This document shows positions 1 through 12,725 of a stretch of DNA of 64,000 nucleotides, piece by piece (the first letter of the stretch is position 1; the number at the start of each line of letters is the position of its first letter). Source of the DNA: Mustelus asterias (lineage: Eukaryota); assembly GCF_964213995.1 (NCBI RefSeq), contig NC_135811.1, forward strand, positions 51,832,001 through 51,896,000. The letters are read 5' to 3'. A model generated the notes under the pieces. The model had not been told where the DNA came from. It did not search any database and saw only the letters and a program-made list of their open reading frames with translations. A program made the position numbers and the translations under genes.

Positions 1-90
1 AAGAGTCAAACGGACTGGAAACATTAACTTTATTCACTCTCCCTGCAGATGCTGCCGGAGTTTTTCCAGCATTCTTTGTTTTTGTTGCAT
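1..90 (+). mobile_element. Degenerate fragment of a short, probably Penelope-derived repeat (family 2)
   Basis: gagtc..gact.gaaac.ttaac...gcagatgctgcc...tttttccagcatt. Related copies at about 7750, 13060-13275, 34262-34450, 49380-49510 and 61968-62195. Confidence 0.5.
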
Positions 91-1045
91 TAGATCTGCT
101 TGTTACTGCTGCTGTAAATTACAGAATGGTCGATGGCACATCTTGCACCCATGCCCCTTAGAGCAGTGAGCCAAATTTGGGGACATTATGAACCTCTGTG
201 TTGCAAAATAGTGACCATTTGCGTTTTTTTAAGGTTCAGCGATCTTTCTCTTGCCAAAACTGACCGATGATGTGCAGGAAAAGTCCCAGAAACTACAAGT
301 AATCACTCTCAGAGGAGATTACTTTTGAAATGCTCCCAGAACTGCTTTCTCTAAAGCAACATCTTCAATTGTCTCCTTCTTCCCACAGTTGGGGTGTTCC
401 CCCTGTCAGAATGGCTGAGTGTTGCTCCGGCATCCACTCGACAGCAGGGACAGGTGCCACTGAGTCACGGTCTGTGATGTGATGCCCCCCTGTGGTCAAA
501 CAAAAGACCCTTTCTCTCAAATGCAGGACAGGCCTAACTAGAAACTCAACTGGGATTCCAGTCTGTCACATCATATTGGTCGAGCAGTCCAGGGCTTTTG
601 TTTAAACAGCTACTTGTGACAATGCCATGAAAATAATGTGCAAAGTGGCGTTACAGAGGCCAATGCTGTGAGATAACATAACGCACCATTGGAGGCATGG
701 CCCTTCAAATCATTGGAAAGTGCACTACAGAAAGACACCATTCAGCTTCTCAATCTGTGCTGGCTCTTTGGTGGATTATCCGATTAGTCTTACACTTTTG
801 CACTTTCTCCGTTTCATTGTATTTATCCAGTATCTTTTCAATGCTTCCTTTAGGCAATGCACTCGAAGTCAAAACTACTTGTAGGAAAATATTTCCTTAT
901 GTCACTTCTGCTCTTTACCTAAGCACCTTAAATCTGAATCATCTGATTAATGGCCTTCCTACCAGTGTTTCTTCTTAGTTCCACTATCAAAACTGTTCAC
1001 GATTTTGAACACATCTTTCAAACCTCCTCTTAACATTCTCTGTTC

Positions 1046-1355
1046 ATAGAATCTTAGAACCCGACAGTGCAGAAGGAGACTATTCAGCCCATCAAGTCTG
1101 CACTGACCACAATCCCACACAGGCCCTATCTTCATAACCCCATGCATTTACCTTAACTAGCCCCCCTGATACTAAGGGGCAATTTAGCATGGCCAATCCA
1201 CCTAACCCGCACATCTTTGGAGCACCCAGAGGAAACCCACGCAGACATGGGGAGAATGTGCAAACTCCACACAGACAGTGACCCAAGCCGGGAATCGAAC
1301 CCAAGTCCTTGGCCCTGTAAGGCAGCAGCGCTAACCACCGTGCCACCGTGCCATG
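1046..1355 (-). mobile_element. tRNA-derived SINE, HE1/V-SINE-like, CR1-type tail (type A)
   Basis: Reverse complement shows A box (ggtggcacggtggttagc), B box (gttcgattccc), central core and ...ttctgcactgt...ttctatg tail. Confidence 0.85.
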
Positions 1356-1365
1356 CCTCCCCACA

Positions 1366-2430
1366 GTTCTGAGCTGAATAACTCCAGTGCCTTTAGTCTC
1401 TCCACAGAACGGATTCCCTCATCCCTCATACCATTTTAGTCAATCTCTTCTGCATCCTCTCCAAGAATTTGACATTCTTCCCAAAATTGAACTAACTTCT
1501 CCAGCTGATGTCTAACTTGTGTGAAAATCCCCGAGTCGCCACACTCCGGTGCCTGTTTGGGTACACTGAGGGAGAATTTAGCATGGTCAATGCACCTAAC
1601 CAGCACATCTGTTGGACTGTGGGAGGAAACCAGAGCACCTGGAGGAAACCCATGAAGACACGGGGAGAACGTGCAGACCCCCTCGTTACTTCCTTGTTTT
1701 TGTGTCCTAGGCCTATATTGATAAAGCCAACAATTGTGTCTATTTTTGCAACAGCCTTTTCGACTTATCCTGCCACCTTCAAGGATTTCTGCGTAGGTGG
1801 TCCAGATTGCTATGCTTGGCTTTAACATCCTGTTTAGAATGGTATTATTTCACTTATATTGCCTTTCCTCTTTCTTCAAACCAAAATGTAATTCTTCCTA
1901 CTTCCCTGCATTAAATTTCTTCTGTGGTCTAGCTGCCTGTTTCATCAGTCTGTCTATGTTGTCCTGAACAATCTTATTTCTCATTGTTGACTACATTTCA
2001 TATCATCTGCAAACTTTGAATCTATGCCTGTTTGCCCAAGTCCAGGCCATTAATATACGTTAAAACGTGTGGTGGCTTTATTACTCATGTCTGGGCTACA
2101 CTGTTCAATACTTGCCACCAGTGTGAAAAATAAGCACTCATCGCTACTCTCTGCTTTCTGTTCCCTCGGCAACTTTATATTCATGTTGCCAGTGTAACTT
2201 TAATCCTGTGAGCTTTAACTTTAGTCTAACAAGTCGATATTGTACTTTTGTACTTTATCAAACATTTTTTGAAAGTCGATAATGCAACATCAATCTCTCT
2301 ACTCTCTTCAACCCTTTTTGTTACTTCATCAAAGAACTCAGTCAAACATTGCTTGGCTTTCACAAATCCATGCTCACTTTCATTTATTTGCCTGTATTTT
2401 TCCGACTACCAATTAATTTTGCTCCAGTTT
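1366..2430 (-). mobile_element. Decayed CR1 LINE fragment with a nested partial type B SINE (about 1524-1680)
   Basis: Degenerate CR1 ORF2 motifs (LEKLVQFW-like; tcatctgcaaacttt as the reverse of a KFADD-like motif) surround a SINE core. Confidence 0.65.
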
Positions 2431-2619
2431 ATTCATAGTGTAGAAGGAGGCCATTCGACCCATCAAGTCAGCAATGACTCTCCGACAGAGCATCTTACCT
2501 AGGCCCTCTCCCCCACCCTATCCCCATAATCACACATTTACCATGGCTCATCCATCTCACGGATAAATCCTGGGACACTAAGGGACAATTTTCACTATGG
2601 CCAATCCACCTAACCCAAT

Positions 2620-3125
2620 GGAGGAGGGTTAACCCAGAGCAGTCTTGGCACTGCCCCCTTTGGCATTGCATCCTGGGACTGACCCCTGGGACTGATCCCT
2701 GGTGATGTCAGAAGGCAATACGAGAGGCATTGGTCAGCTTTGCCCCTCAGGACCCCGGGCCACCAGGCACATTCGTGCCCCTGGCATGGTCATCATGATG
2801 GTTTTTGCTTTTGAAAACCAGTAACAATTTGCAACAGCGTGCTGACACACTGGCTCGGGGGGGGTGGGGGGGGGGGGGGGGGGGGGGGCGGGTTGCAGGT
2901 AGAGGATGTATACATCATGTGTAGACATTAAAATTTATTGAGATATATGGAAATCAGATTCATGGCCTCACTGGGCATGAACCTGGTTATATCACAGGTG
3001 GGGGAGTGGGGAAAATCTCAAACTGAGATCTCGCATGCACAAATCCCATTTTAGGCCGCTCGCAAGATTTAGTGGCATTATGGGATTTGCGCCTGTGGCT
3101 AACGGGGCCACTAAATTGAGCCCCA
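2620..3125. mobile_element. GC-rich non-autonomous repeat (MITE-like) with an internal poly-G tract (about 2857-2890)
   Basis: Internal and terminal similarity to 7285-7732 (cgctcgca.gattt..tggc...ccc end). Confidence 0.4.
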
Positions 3126-4040
3126 TGTGTGTAAAATTCAAACATCGTTAATATGGTTTCCAATCATACTTACTGGCAATGTGTTACAGTACACCAAAGG
3201 TTAATGATGGTGATAATGGCCAATGGAAAAGACTCAACAGCAGCACTATCTGTCGATGTTTTAAACTTCAGCCCCTGACACTTGCAGAGATTTGGAAAGG
3301 TTTTGCCATGAGAACTTTGCGTAACGTTTTCCCTTGACGAAGATGATGGGCAGGGTCACGTTACATAATGGCCAGTCTTAGAACATAATCATCCCAAATA
3401 TTTGAAAAATGTGAATGCCATTGTTTTGCCAATTAAATGGGAGTCGGTCTGCGTCAATAAACAGCAGCTTCCATTCATGTCACACGTGTAATGCAAGAAT
3501 GTCCCAGTTGGAAGGGAGTGACAGTGCGTGTCAGTCACGAGACTGGGTGATGGACAAGTGGGACTTAGTGCGGGGATGGATACAGGAAGAATTCCGGACA
3601 AGTTGTTAGATATAATAAAGTGCTCCAATCAGGATGGCCACTTCTGGCTTAATTTGGAATTTGGTTCTGGGAAGATGAAAGCATGTTTAATGTAACTGGT
3701 AATCGTACCAGGTTCCTGTAACAAGATACACAAGGCTACGGGGAAAAGTAACCATCATTCAAATATGCTGCTATGGAAACATCAGATTGAACATTACTTT
3801 ACTCTGCGCAGGTCGATAATGATATCTGAGGTGACTGGTACCACAAGGGACTTTACTGTGACATCGCTACTTTTGATCTTTGATGCCCGTAGCTTCTGCC
3901 AGTTGGAAGCTTTCGATACTTGGGGATAACCATGCCATTTAATGACAGCTGCTATGCACAGGGGCAGCTTTTCAGTATGTTGTGTTTCATTTTCCAGGAA
4001 TTACTTTTTAAAAGAGCTCCACTGAAGCTGTTGTCTTTTT

Positions 4041-4338
4041 GGCACGGTGGCACAGTGGCTAGCACTGCTGCCTCACAGTGCTAGGGACCCGGGTTCGATT
4101 CCCAGCTTGGGCCACTGTCTGTGCGGAGTCCGCACGTTCTTGCCGTGTCTGCGTGGGTTTCCTCCGGGTGCTCCGGTTTCCTCCCACAGTCCAAAGATGT
4201 GCGGGTTCGGTGGATTGGCCATTGTGAGATTAAGGGAATGGGGCAGGGGTGTGGGCAGAGGTAGGGGTGCTCTTTCAGAGGGTCGGTGCAGACACAATGG
4301 GCTGAATGGCCTCCTTCTGCACCGTAGGGATTCTATGA
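4041..4338 (+). mobile_element. SINE type A (HE1-like)
   Basis: ggcacggtggcacagtggctagc...gggttcgattccc...ggcctccttctgcaccgtagggattctatga. Confidence 0.85.
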
Positions 4339-4444
4339 ACAGAGCTTCATTTGTTTGCGTATATATACTATACATGTCACTGCCTTTTCTGTGAGAACCT
4401 GCACATTAATTGCACAGCTCCATTCAAGCCCAGTCCTTTTGAAG

Positions 4445-4720
4445 GGTAGTACAGTGGTCAGCACTGCTGCCTCTCAACGCCAGGGACCCAGGTTCGATTC
4501 CCAGCTTGGGTCACTGTCTGTGCAGAGTCTGCACATTCTCCCCGTGTCTGCGTGGGTTTCCTCCCACAGTCTGAAAGACGTGCTGGTTGGGCTCTGGTTA
4601 AATTCTCCCTCAGTGTACCTGAACAGGCGCCAGAGTGTGGCAACTAGGGGATTTTCACAGTAACTTAATTGCAGTGTTAATATAAGCCTACTTGTGACAC
4701 TAATAAATAAACTAAACTTT
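4445..4720 (+). mobile_element. SINE type B (same head and core, alternative tail)
   Basis: Same head as type A. Tail is ttttcacagtaactt...gcctacttgtgacactaataaataaact. Confidence 0.85.
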
Positions 4721-4977
4721 GTGCAGAGAGTTCAGTTCAGTTGGAGAGTTGGAGTTGCGATGTTATGCCACTATGCAATGGGAGATGATCCCCTAACCCT
4801 CCACCATCACACCCCCCCACGCCTGCCCACTCCCAGCAGCATGGGTTGTGGTTATCGGTGGATGCCTATCACTGAAAACCAGTAAAGGTGATGCAGAGGA
4901 CAGCTGGTGGTAATGGGAAATGGCATTGGGCTACAGGCTACTGCCAAGGACAGATGGCAAGTTATGTGTGGAAAGGT

Positions 4978-5960
4978 AGACTTGCATTTCTATAGCGCCT
5001 TTCATGGCTACAGGCCATCCCAAAAGTGCTTTACAGCCAGTGAAGTACCTTTTGAAGCGTTGTCACTGTTGTAATGTAGGAAACACAGCAGCCAATTTGT
5101 GCACAGCAAGCTCCCACAAACAGCCGTGTGATAATGACCAGATAATCTGTCGGAGCGGCACGATGGCACAATGGTTAGCACTGCTGCCTCACAGCACCAG
5201 GTATCTGGGTTCAATTCCTGACTCGGGTCACTGTCTGTGTGGAGTTTGCACATTCTCCCCGTGTCTGCATGGGTTTCCTCCAGGTGCTCTGGTTTTCTCC
5301 CACAGTCCAAAGATGTGCAGATTAGGTGGATTGGCCATGCTAAATTGCCCCTTAGTGTCAGGGGGATTAGTGGGGCTATGCGGATAGGGACTGGGTGGGA
5401 TTGTGGTCAGAGCAGACTTGATGGGCCGAATGACCTCTTTCTGCACTGTAAGGATTCTATGACTTGAAAAAAAGAGTACACAAACCTATATATTAGCCTT
5501 GGGACAGCACTTTACTGCCACTTTTGAAGTATAGCCACTGTTGTAAGAATCATGGCAGCTAATGTGTGCACAGTACTGTCCCACAGGTAACAATAAAACA
5601 ATCATATGATCTCTTTTAGACATTGGTCGATTGCTAAGTGTTGGCTAAGGCTCTGGGAGAATGCCCCACCTCATCATTGAATAGTCCTAGGGGGCAGTCA
5701 GGGTCTTATTTGGAAAGTGGCCCCTCTTACAGTGCAGTACAAGGGATTTGTCAGCCTAGATCCTGGGCAGGATTTTCATCTGCACTCAACCCAAAAGGAA
5801 AAAATCCCACCTGAGGTCAACGGACCTTTCCATGGTCCACCTCTCGCCCGCTCCGATTCCCATGGGGGGTGGAATGGGAAAATTCGCCCCTATGTGTTCA
5901 AGTCTGTGTAGTGGGCTTTGAATCCACCATCCTATGTCTCAGAGGGCTGAGCTGAGTAGT
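4978..5960 (-). mobile_element. Old Deu-domain-like SINE remnants (SacSINE1/AmnSINE1-like), interrupted by a type A SINE (5153-5463) and a MITE (5765-5890)
   Basis: cttgcatttctatagcgcctttca...gcagccaatttgtgcacagcaagctcccacaaacagc...gataatgaccagataatctg. Similar remnants at 21728-22150, 48890-49000 and 63845-64000. Family assignment is from recalled similarity. Confidence 0.55.
5765..5890. mobile_element. About 125-bp MITE-like element with GGGC..AATTTTCC terminal inverted repeats
   Basis: gggcaggatttt...gggaaaattcgcccc. Homologous along its length to 47520-47641 (inverted) and 56172-56306. Confidence 0.65.
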
Positions 5961-6904
5961 GGTGTGGAAAGGTGGGATAGGACAGATTGGCAAGTGGGAT
6001 ATCACAATTTCTTAAATAAGCAAACCATGCCTGTTAAGTAATAGTTCCCGAATATCTCCAAGCTCAATTCTTCAAATATCATCGGTGTGCATTTTATGCT
6101 GGGCTTATTGCAAACTGTGACAAATAATTGCTCAACCTAATGCACTAGTCAAGTGAAGCATCTTTATTTCCACCATCCCCTGGTGTATGGGTGTCAGCGA
6201 CTCTGAGTTGGCATGAGGTTGCTTACTGGTGTTGTGCATTGATTTTAACTGTGTGACACCAACCATACCGCTCCTTCGAGGTCATTCCCCAGTGCTTGCA
6301 GTAGTTAGGCTGCTTCACTGTTGACTTTTGGAATGGTAACTGTCGACCCCTTTGGGCCATGTTTCAGAAAGGCAATGTTCACCCACTCCCCCTGACTTCT
6401 TGGCATCGGGCTTTCAGCAGCTGGGGCCTACATACCATTTACACTCTGTAAGATCCTATTTCTGCTTTCACAATTCTGGTCAGCTAACGGCTGTCCTGCG
6501 CTGCCCAGTGCTGTTCCAGCTGTCCAAATGCCTCCTTATTGGGGTTCTCAGCTGAACACGAGAACCATTTCTTTTATTATTTGATTGACTTGCCTACAGT
6601 TCAGACATTGAAGCCTATTTTTAGTCCACCCACTGAAAATGTCAACAACAACAACAACAGCCCCTTGCATTTAAATAGCACCTTTACCACAGTAAAACTA
6701 CTTCATAGGCACAGGACTTGACACTGAATCGCAAGAAATGTTGTCATAGATGATCAAAAGTTTAGTCAAGGAGGTAGGTTTTAAGGAGAATACTGTGCTG
6801 GAGGCAGAGGTAGGGTGCTGTATGGAGAGAACCTCGGAGCTGAGGACCTCGGCAGCTGAAGATACTGCAGCCACCACTGAGGAGGTAGCACTGTGTACTA
6901 TCTA

Positions 6905-7075
6905 TTTGATTTGATTTGATTTGATTTATTAATGTCACATGTATTAGTATACAGTCTTGCACACTATACAGACAAAGCATGCTGTTCATAGAGAAGGAAA
7001 TGAGAGAGTGGAGAATGTAGCGTTACAGTCATAGCTAGGGTGTAGAGAAAGATAAACTGAAATGCGAGGTAGGTC
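6905..7075 (-). mobile_element. 3' end of a Rex/Babar-like LINE
   Basis: (tttga)n tail followed by ttattaatgtcacatgtattag. The same tail is attached to the Rex-like RT fragment at 14168-15156; another copy lies at about 32660-32790. Confidence 0.65.
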
Positions 7076-7284
7076 TACAAGATGCACTGCAGAAATTCAC
7101 CAAAGATCCTTAGGCAGCACCTTCCAAACCCACGACCACTTCCATCTAAAAAGACAAGGGCAGCGGTTACATGGGAAAACTACCACCTGCAAGTTCTCTT
7201 CCAAGCCACTCGCCATCCTGACTTGGAAATATGTCGCCGTTCCTTCGTAGTTGCTGGGTCACAATCTTGGAATTCCCTCCCTAA

Positions 7285-7732
7285 TGCCCGCTGGTCATTG
7301 CCCAGGCGCCCAGTGGGCAATGCCAAGGTGCCATGGTGGCACTGCCCCAGGGGCATCCCCCCCATTGCCCTTGGCCTACCCAAGGGGCCTCAATAGCCTA
7401 CAGTTCCACCGGGAAGGCCAACAGAACTGTTCCCCATTCGTGGGGCGCAGGTGTTTTCCTCGCTGGAGAGAACCTCTCCCGGTGAGGCCACAAAGGCAAG
7501 TGAACGCCGGGCTCACTAAACATCTGCAAATCATCATTTAAATATCTCGAAATAAATTATTCAGCCTCTCGTCCATTTCCAGTGAGAGGCTGACCACGTT
7601 GGAAATTCAGATCTCATAAAATCACGAGAGCTGAGAAATCGGGCGTGATTCTGATTTTTTGACGCTCGCACGATTTTACTGGCTTGCTCCGCCCATCGAT
7701 GGGCGGGGCGAGCTGGTAAAACTCCGCCCATT
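7285..7732. mobile_element. GC-rich non-autonomous repeat (MITE-like)
   Basis: GC-rich with short internal palindromes; ends ggtaaaactccgccc; similar to 2620-3125. Confidence 0.4.
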
Positions 7733-8344
7733 AACTCTATTTCGCTCTCCACAGGTGCAGCCTGACCTGCTGAGTATTTCCACCATTGACAGTTTTTATT
7801 TCACCTCTGTGTGCTGCTGAACATTGAAATATTAGCAATTAACTGAACCTATTAATTATTACAAAGGAGATTGCCCTATTCTGTCTTGCTGCTCTCTGTG
7901 ACAGTGGTGTTCACCAGAGCCTCCAGTGGTTCCTCAATCAGTTTCCTGAACTGCACCAATTATTTACCCATGCTGCTTGTCATGATCCTAGTGTCAAGTC
8001 CTGAATAAACCCATTGATGTTAAAGTCCTTGAACAGTTTATTGCATCATACTCCACTTTCGGAGGCCAGAAGTTTTCTGAGCTGCCACTGCATGTTTTCT
8101 TAACCCATTGTTCTGTTGATGTCATCTTCCAAAGCTGGTGATGAAGTGGGGCTTGAGTCCAAGAATGTCATTAGGTGTACCATTTGCTGAATTATTGGAG
8201 CACTGCTGCCATGAATTGGCTTTTACTGGACTAGTCTGATAAAAATGGTAGGTATAAGAACTGGTTATGAGGCTGAGATAACGAGTCACATACCCCCTGA
8301 CTTTCCAAAGCAAGAAGGTACAAGTCCGAAGTGTAATGGAATCC

Positions 8345-8666
8345 TCATAGAATCACTTCAGTGCAGAAGGAGACCATTCAGCCCGTCAAGTCTGCACCAA
8401 CTCTCCGGAAGAGCATCCCACCCAGGCCATATCCCATAGCCCCACATATTTACCCTGCTAAACCCTAACGAGACACTGAAGGACAATTTAGCATGGCCAA
8501 TCCGCCTAACCTGCACATCTTTGGCGTGTGGGAGGGAACTGGAGCACCTGGAGGAAACCCACGCAGACATGGGGAGAACATGCGAATTCCACACAGTCAC
8601 CCAAGGCTGGAATTGAACCCGGGTCCATGATGCTGTGAGACAGCAGTGCTAACCACCGTGCCACCA
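8345..8666 (-). mobile_element. SINE type A
   Basis: Full head, core and tail on the minus strand. Confidence 0.85.
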
Positions 8667-8783
8667 TTACTGATGCATCTAAATCGCTGCTAACACCTAG
8701 CTCGAATAGCATGACTTTGAATTTCAGCAGGCATTCTCACAACTGGTGAAAGATTTGAGAAAGGAAACAGCAGAAGTGGTTGA

Positions 8784-9060
8784 TGGCCCAGTGGTTAGCA
8801 CTGCTGCCTCACAGAGCCAGGGTCCTGGGTTCGATTCCCGGCTCGGGTCACTGTCTGTGTGGAGTCTGCACATTCTCCTCATGTCTGCCTGGGATTCCCC
8901 TGGGTGCTCCGGTTTCCTCCCACAGTCTGAAAGACGTGCTGGTTAGGTGCATTGGCCATGCTGAATTCTCTCTGTGTATACAAACAAGCGCCAGAGGATT
9001 TCCACAGGGGTTTCACTGTAGTGTTAATGTAAGCCTACTTGTGAAACTGATACTTTAAAG
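8784..9060 (+). mobile_element. SINE type B
   Basis: Head, core and gtgttaatgtaagcctacttgtga tail. Confidence 0.8.
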
Positions 9061-9589
9061 TTTATTTATCTTTAAAAAAAAACACAGTTTTCCATTGTTT
9101 TTCAAGGATCCTCTGCCAGAGTTACATGGAAAACTTTGAACCTCTGCTGACATGTACCACATAAAGGACCAATTCTGCTACTCCCCCTCCCATCTCACAA
9201 GGCCTGACAGTTAAAGCAGCACAAAATCACCCTGAGATTATTGGTGAAGAATAGCATCATCCCATTAAATGAGCATTTAGCTGTCTTGATAAAATATTAG
9301 TGTCCTTTTTAAAATGAATTAAAGTATTAAAAGAATTGACCTTCACAGGTTTGATTCTTCTATAGCCCATGTTTGTTTGATTAAAAAATGTGGCAAAGGA
9401 CCAGTTACCATTGAAGCTTTCAGATTAATAAAGCCGCACTTTGAAATACTTATGTATGTCAGTGAAACTACCTGGGGCTGGCTCAGAGGAATTTCCATAT
9501 CTAACAGTGAGAGGGAGCTGTTTTATCACCAGCCTAATGCTGCAATGAGAAACTTGTTACGTCAACCTATTAATCTGCCCTTGATAACT

Positions 9590-11810
9590 ATTTGGAACCA
9601 GAAGTTGATAGGAAAATTGTAACGAAACAGTGGGTGACCCTTAAGGAATAGATGTTTCAGGCATAAGATAAGTATTCCAACAAGGGTGAAAGATAAAGGA
9701 GCTAAAGCCACTTGGATAAAGAGTGAGGTAGAGAAGACAATGAGACAAAATTAAATGTGTATGATAAGTGCCAGGTGAATACTTCAAGCAGGAAGTAGGC
9801 CAAATTCAGTAAGTTGAGAGGGAAAAGTGAAGAGGAAAATAAGACTGGCAAAGAGAGAATACGAGAGTAGAAAAGCTGTTAGCAGAAAGGGGAACCCACA
9901 AATCTTCTATTGGCATGCAAATAGTGAGCATGTAGTAAGAGGTGGTTTGGGGTTAGTTCGGGTCAAAAGGGTACTATCTGGAGGTGCAAACAAGGTTAGG
10001 ATACCCTTGTATAATGTTTACTGTAGAAGAGAAATCGAACAAAATGGTAGCAGTGATAAATGGATGAAAATTGATCGGAGAATGTGCTGGGAAAGCTTGT
10101 TATACTTAATAGTGGATCAATGACCTGGCTTGCATTCCAGAGTACCGAGGGAAATGGGGGTGATGATAATGGAAGAGCTTGCCATAATCTTCCTCAGATA
10201 CCGGGGAGATGCCCGAGGATTGGAGTGTGACATTCCTAGTAATTACAGGCCAGTCAGTTTAACATCAGTGGTGGATGCAAGGAAAGAAAATTGGGGAGAA
10301 ATTCAATAGGCACTTGGAGAGATAGCAAGGATTTGTAAAAGGCAGATCATGCATGTTGAATGTTCATAGAATCCCTACAGTACAGAAGGCCCATCGAGTC
10401 TGTACCGACCACAATCCCACCCAGGCCCTATTCCTGTAACTCCACACATTTACCCTGCTAATCCCACTGACTCTAGGGCCAATTTAGCACGGCCAATCAA
10501 CCTAACCCACACATCTTTGGACTGTGGGAGGAAACCGGAGCACTCGGAGGAAAGCCACGCAGACACAGGGAGAAAGTGCAAACTCCACACAGACAGTGAC
10601 TCAAGGCCGGAATTGAACCTGGGACCCTGGCGCTGTGAGGCAACAATGCTAGCCACCGTGCCACCCCAAACATCTTATTGATGTTTTGGTGAAGAAATAG
10701 GGAAGTTTGATGAAGGGAAAACAATGGGTGTTGTCTGAATGGATTTTTAAAGAAATCTTTTCATAGAAGACCGCATTAAAGACTAATTCCTAAACTTGAG
10801 GCTCATGGAAAAGGAGGGCCAGTGTCAGCTGGATTAAAAAAACGGCTTGAGGACAGAAAACAGCCAACTGTGGTAAATGATTGTTTTTCAAACTGGAGGA
10901 TGGTAAACAGTGGTTTTCCCCAGAGGATCTGTGCTAGGACCACTGCTTTGTTTTTGATATATATATATATAACTTGGATGTTGGAATACAAAATAAAAGT
11001 TTCAAAATCTGACAATGATACCAAATTTGTTAGTGTGGCAGACAATGAGGCTGACAACTATCCACTGTACCAGGACATGGGTGGGTTAACAGAATGGACA
11101 GACAAGTGAAATCTATTAGTGTGAGGTGATGCATTTTGACAGAAGGAGTAGGAGAGGCAATGTAGACTGAATGACGTGGTTCTAAAGAGTGCGCAGGCTC
11201 AGACGAACCTTGGGTGCATGGGATCTTGGGATTCATAATTAGAGGCATTCAGTATGAAAGCGGGGAAGTTATGTTGAACCTTTATAAATCTCTGGTTAGG
11301 CCACAACTGGAGTAATGTGTCCCATTTTTGTCACCACACTTGAAGAATGTGAGGGTCCTTGAGAAGGTGCAGAGGAGAATGGTTCCAGAGATGAGGGATC
11401 TTACCTACAAGGATAAACTGGAGAAGCTGTGCTTTTTCTCCTTGGAGCAAAGAAGTTTATGGGGAGATTATCAACAAGTATACAAGATTTTAACTGTTTT
11501 CCGTAAGGTAGACAAAGAAAAATTGTTCCTATTAGTTGATGGTTCAAGGACCAAAGGACACAGACTGAAGGTTTTGAGTAAGAGACACGGGGGATATGAG
11601 GAAGAACTTGACATAATGAGTGTTAATAACCTGAAACCAGTTGACCACGAGGGTGGTGGAGTGGAAATGATAAATAATTTCAGAAGAAAATAGAATGGGC
11701 ACTTGAAGGGAATAAGTTTGCAATGCTATGGGGATATAGTGGTTAACAGGTCTGATTGGATTGCCCTGCGTATTGAGAGCCAGCGTGACTCAAGGGACTT
11801 GATGCCCATA
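9590..11810 (+). mobile_element. Old decayed CR1 LINE ORF2 with a nested type A SINE (10365-10665, minus)
   Basis: Fragmented CR1 motifs: KRKIRLAKREYE, aattacaggccagtcagtttaac (NYRPVSL), VVNDCFSNWRMVNSGFPQ, LEKVQRR...FSLEQRSLWGD. Confidence 0.85.
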
Positions 11811-12189
11811 ATAACTGAACGTGGTAAATCCTTTTATCTCCGACCTGATTGACTAGAAGGCATCTCCTAAACCTTCCTCCGGGGGTTAGTTTTACAAATT
11901 GGCACTCTTGGTGCAGAACCTCAGTTATGGGAGGCCACATGGATGTGGAGGTCAAATTTAATTTTCAGCTCTCCCAACCGAATACCCCATTGAGAAATCA
12001 GGAAGGGCTGCCAGTGGGGAATGCTGTGCTCTGCGCAGTTTTGTCTGATCGTCCCTCCCAACAAGCAAAGCTGCACCTGAGAACGTCAGCTCAGAAGGTT
12101 AAACTTCCCTCCTTCCATGTAACAGCCTCACTGTGTCACCAGCTGCCTCCTGTTTGGTAGAGAACTTTAATTCAGCGATTTAATCGTAA

Positions 12190-12725
12190 GAATTAGGAGC
12201 AGGAGTGGGCAATCTAGCCCATCGAGTCTGCTCCATCATTTAATACGGACATGGCTAATCTCATAACAGCCTCAGCTCCATTTACCTGCCCATGGAGGCC
12301 TTCAAACTCTTACTAATTAAAAATCTGCCCAAAGTCCTGGCATCCACCACACTCTGAGGTGGTGAATTCCACAGACTCACAATCCTTTGAGAGAAGTAAT
12401 TTCTCCTCATCTCTGTTTTAAATCTGCCACCCCTTTTCCTAAAACTAGGGCCTCTTGCTCTAGATTTCCCCACAAGAGGAAACATCCTCTCCATGTCTAC
12501 TTTGTGAAACCCCCTTCTTGCCTTGTACACCTCAATTAGATCTCCTTTCATTCTTTGAAACTCTGGAGAGTATCGGCCTAAACTGCCCAATCTGTCTTCA
12601 TAAGTCAAGCCCCTCATCTCTGGAATCAATCTCGTGAATCTCCTCCAAACCACCTCTAATACAACTACATCTTCCGCAAGTAAGGGACTAAAACTGTACA
12701 CAATATTCAAGTGCTGTTTCACTAA
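12190..12725 (-). mobile_element. CR1 LINE 3' fragment
   Basis: ORF 12282-12722 reads RRFTRLIPEMRGLTYEDRL...KGDLIEVYK...NYFSQRIVSLWNS, the CR1 ORF2 C-terminus. Confidence 0.9.

Noticed and set aside
4047-4394. Recurrent ORFs such as MAQWLALLPHSARDPGSIP... and MVSTAASQRQGPGFDS... appearing dozens of times
   Set aside because: They are chance translations of the SINE head and core in different frames, not a gene family.
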